Source: a virus
Lineage: Duplodnaviria; Caudoviricetes
Length of the DNA stretch: 35,001 nucleotides
Reading direction: 5' to 3' (one strand)
Virus record (IMG/VR): IMGVR_UViG_3300020045_004297
Coordinates: 1 to 35,001 of that record
How positions within the stretch are numbered: position 1 is the stretch's first letter; every line of letters begins with the position of its first letter. Under the pieces are notes generated by a model that searched no databases, had not been told where the DNA came from, and saw only the letters and a program-made list of their open reading frames with translations. This document shows, one piece after another, positions 34,527 to 35,001 of the stretch. The translations under genes and the position numbers were made by a program.

Positions 34527-34967
34527 ATGAGATATCAAAAAATACACTCTCAAATCTGGCAAGACGAAAAATTTATAAGACTATCAGAAGATGCCAGAAT
34601 GCTTTTCCTGTACATCCTCACCTGCCCGCACGGTAATTCAATCGGTCTCTTTGTATTACCTAAGCCCTATATTGCATGTGATCTTAATTGGGATACTAAA
34701 CGCTTAACCAAACCGTTCAGTGAACTGTTAGATGAAAAACTTATCTACTATGATGAAACCGTCAAATTGCTCTGTATTAAAAATCAAATTAAGCACAATC
34801 CCCTGGAAAATGAAAACCAGACTAAAGCTGCTGTTAAGGTAATAACTCAATTACCTAAATCGTACATATATTCAATGCTTTCGGAACAGTTAAATAAACC
34901 GTTTCACAAACAGTTGCGGGAACTGTTAAGTGAACAGTATACCAAATTAAGATCACATGCAATATAG
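34527..34967 (+). CDS. Phage replication initiator / replisome organiser N-terminal domain
   Basis: RY.KI...IW.D.KF..LS..AR.LFLY.LT.PH.N.IG; internal iteron-like repeats. Confidence 0.8.
   Translation: MRYQKIHSQIWQDEKFIRLSEDARMLFLYILTCPHGNSIGLFVLPKPYIACDLNWDTKRLTKPFSELLDEKLIYYDETVKLLCIKNQIKHNPLENENQTKAAVKVITQLPKSYIYSMLSEQLNKPFHKQLRELLSEQYTKLRSHAI
34884..34943 (+). repeat. Five 12-bp-period iteron-like repeats (putative ori)
   Basis: GAACAGTTAAAT, AAACCGTTTCAC, AAACAGTTGCGG, GAACTGTTAAGT, GAACAGTATACC. Confidence 0.7.
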
Positions 34968-35001
34968 GGCTTAGGTAATACAAAGAGACCGATTGAATTA
35001 C

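Larger units (their letters stand above)
1..35001. mobile_element. Temperate siphovirus genome segment, non-integrated gene order (head-tail-lysis-attP/int-immunity-early-replication)
   Basis: Continuous phage gene content. Integrase and att region lie internally between lysis and immunity modules as in lambda virion DNA. No bacterial housekeeping genes. Confidence 0.95.

Overview
The whole window is phage DNA from a temperate, HK97-fold siphovirus. Gene order is the virion/episomal one: portal (5'-partial), prohead protease, capsid, head accessories, head-tail joining, tail, lysis, accessory/attP region, tyrosine integrase, immunity switch, early recombination and accessory genes, replication initiator. 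No host genes are visible. The most unusual parts are: (i) 22.0-23.1 kb, which holds a self-contained tRNA-like ncRNA, a two-gene operon with an AcrIF18-like anti-CRISPR and a non-HTH candidate regulator, and a full tRNA-Leu(CAA) beside a separate anticodon-loop-mimic att core; (ii) three morphogenesis-operon genes with Sec-type signal peptides; (iii) an IbrA/IbrB-like (PAPS-reductase/ParB) cassette with a stand-alone copy of the IbrA C-terminal module; (iv) a kissing-loop leader in front of the replication gene. Family assignments come from motifs read by eye and from recalled family sequences; no search was run.
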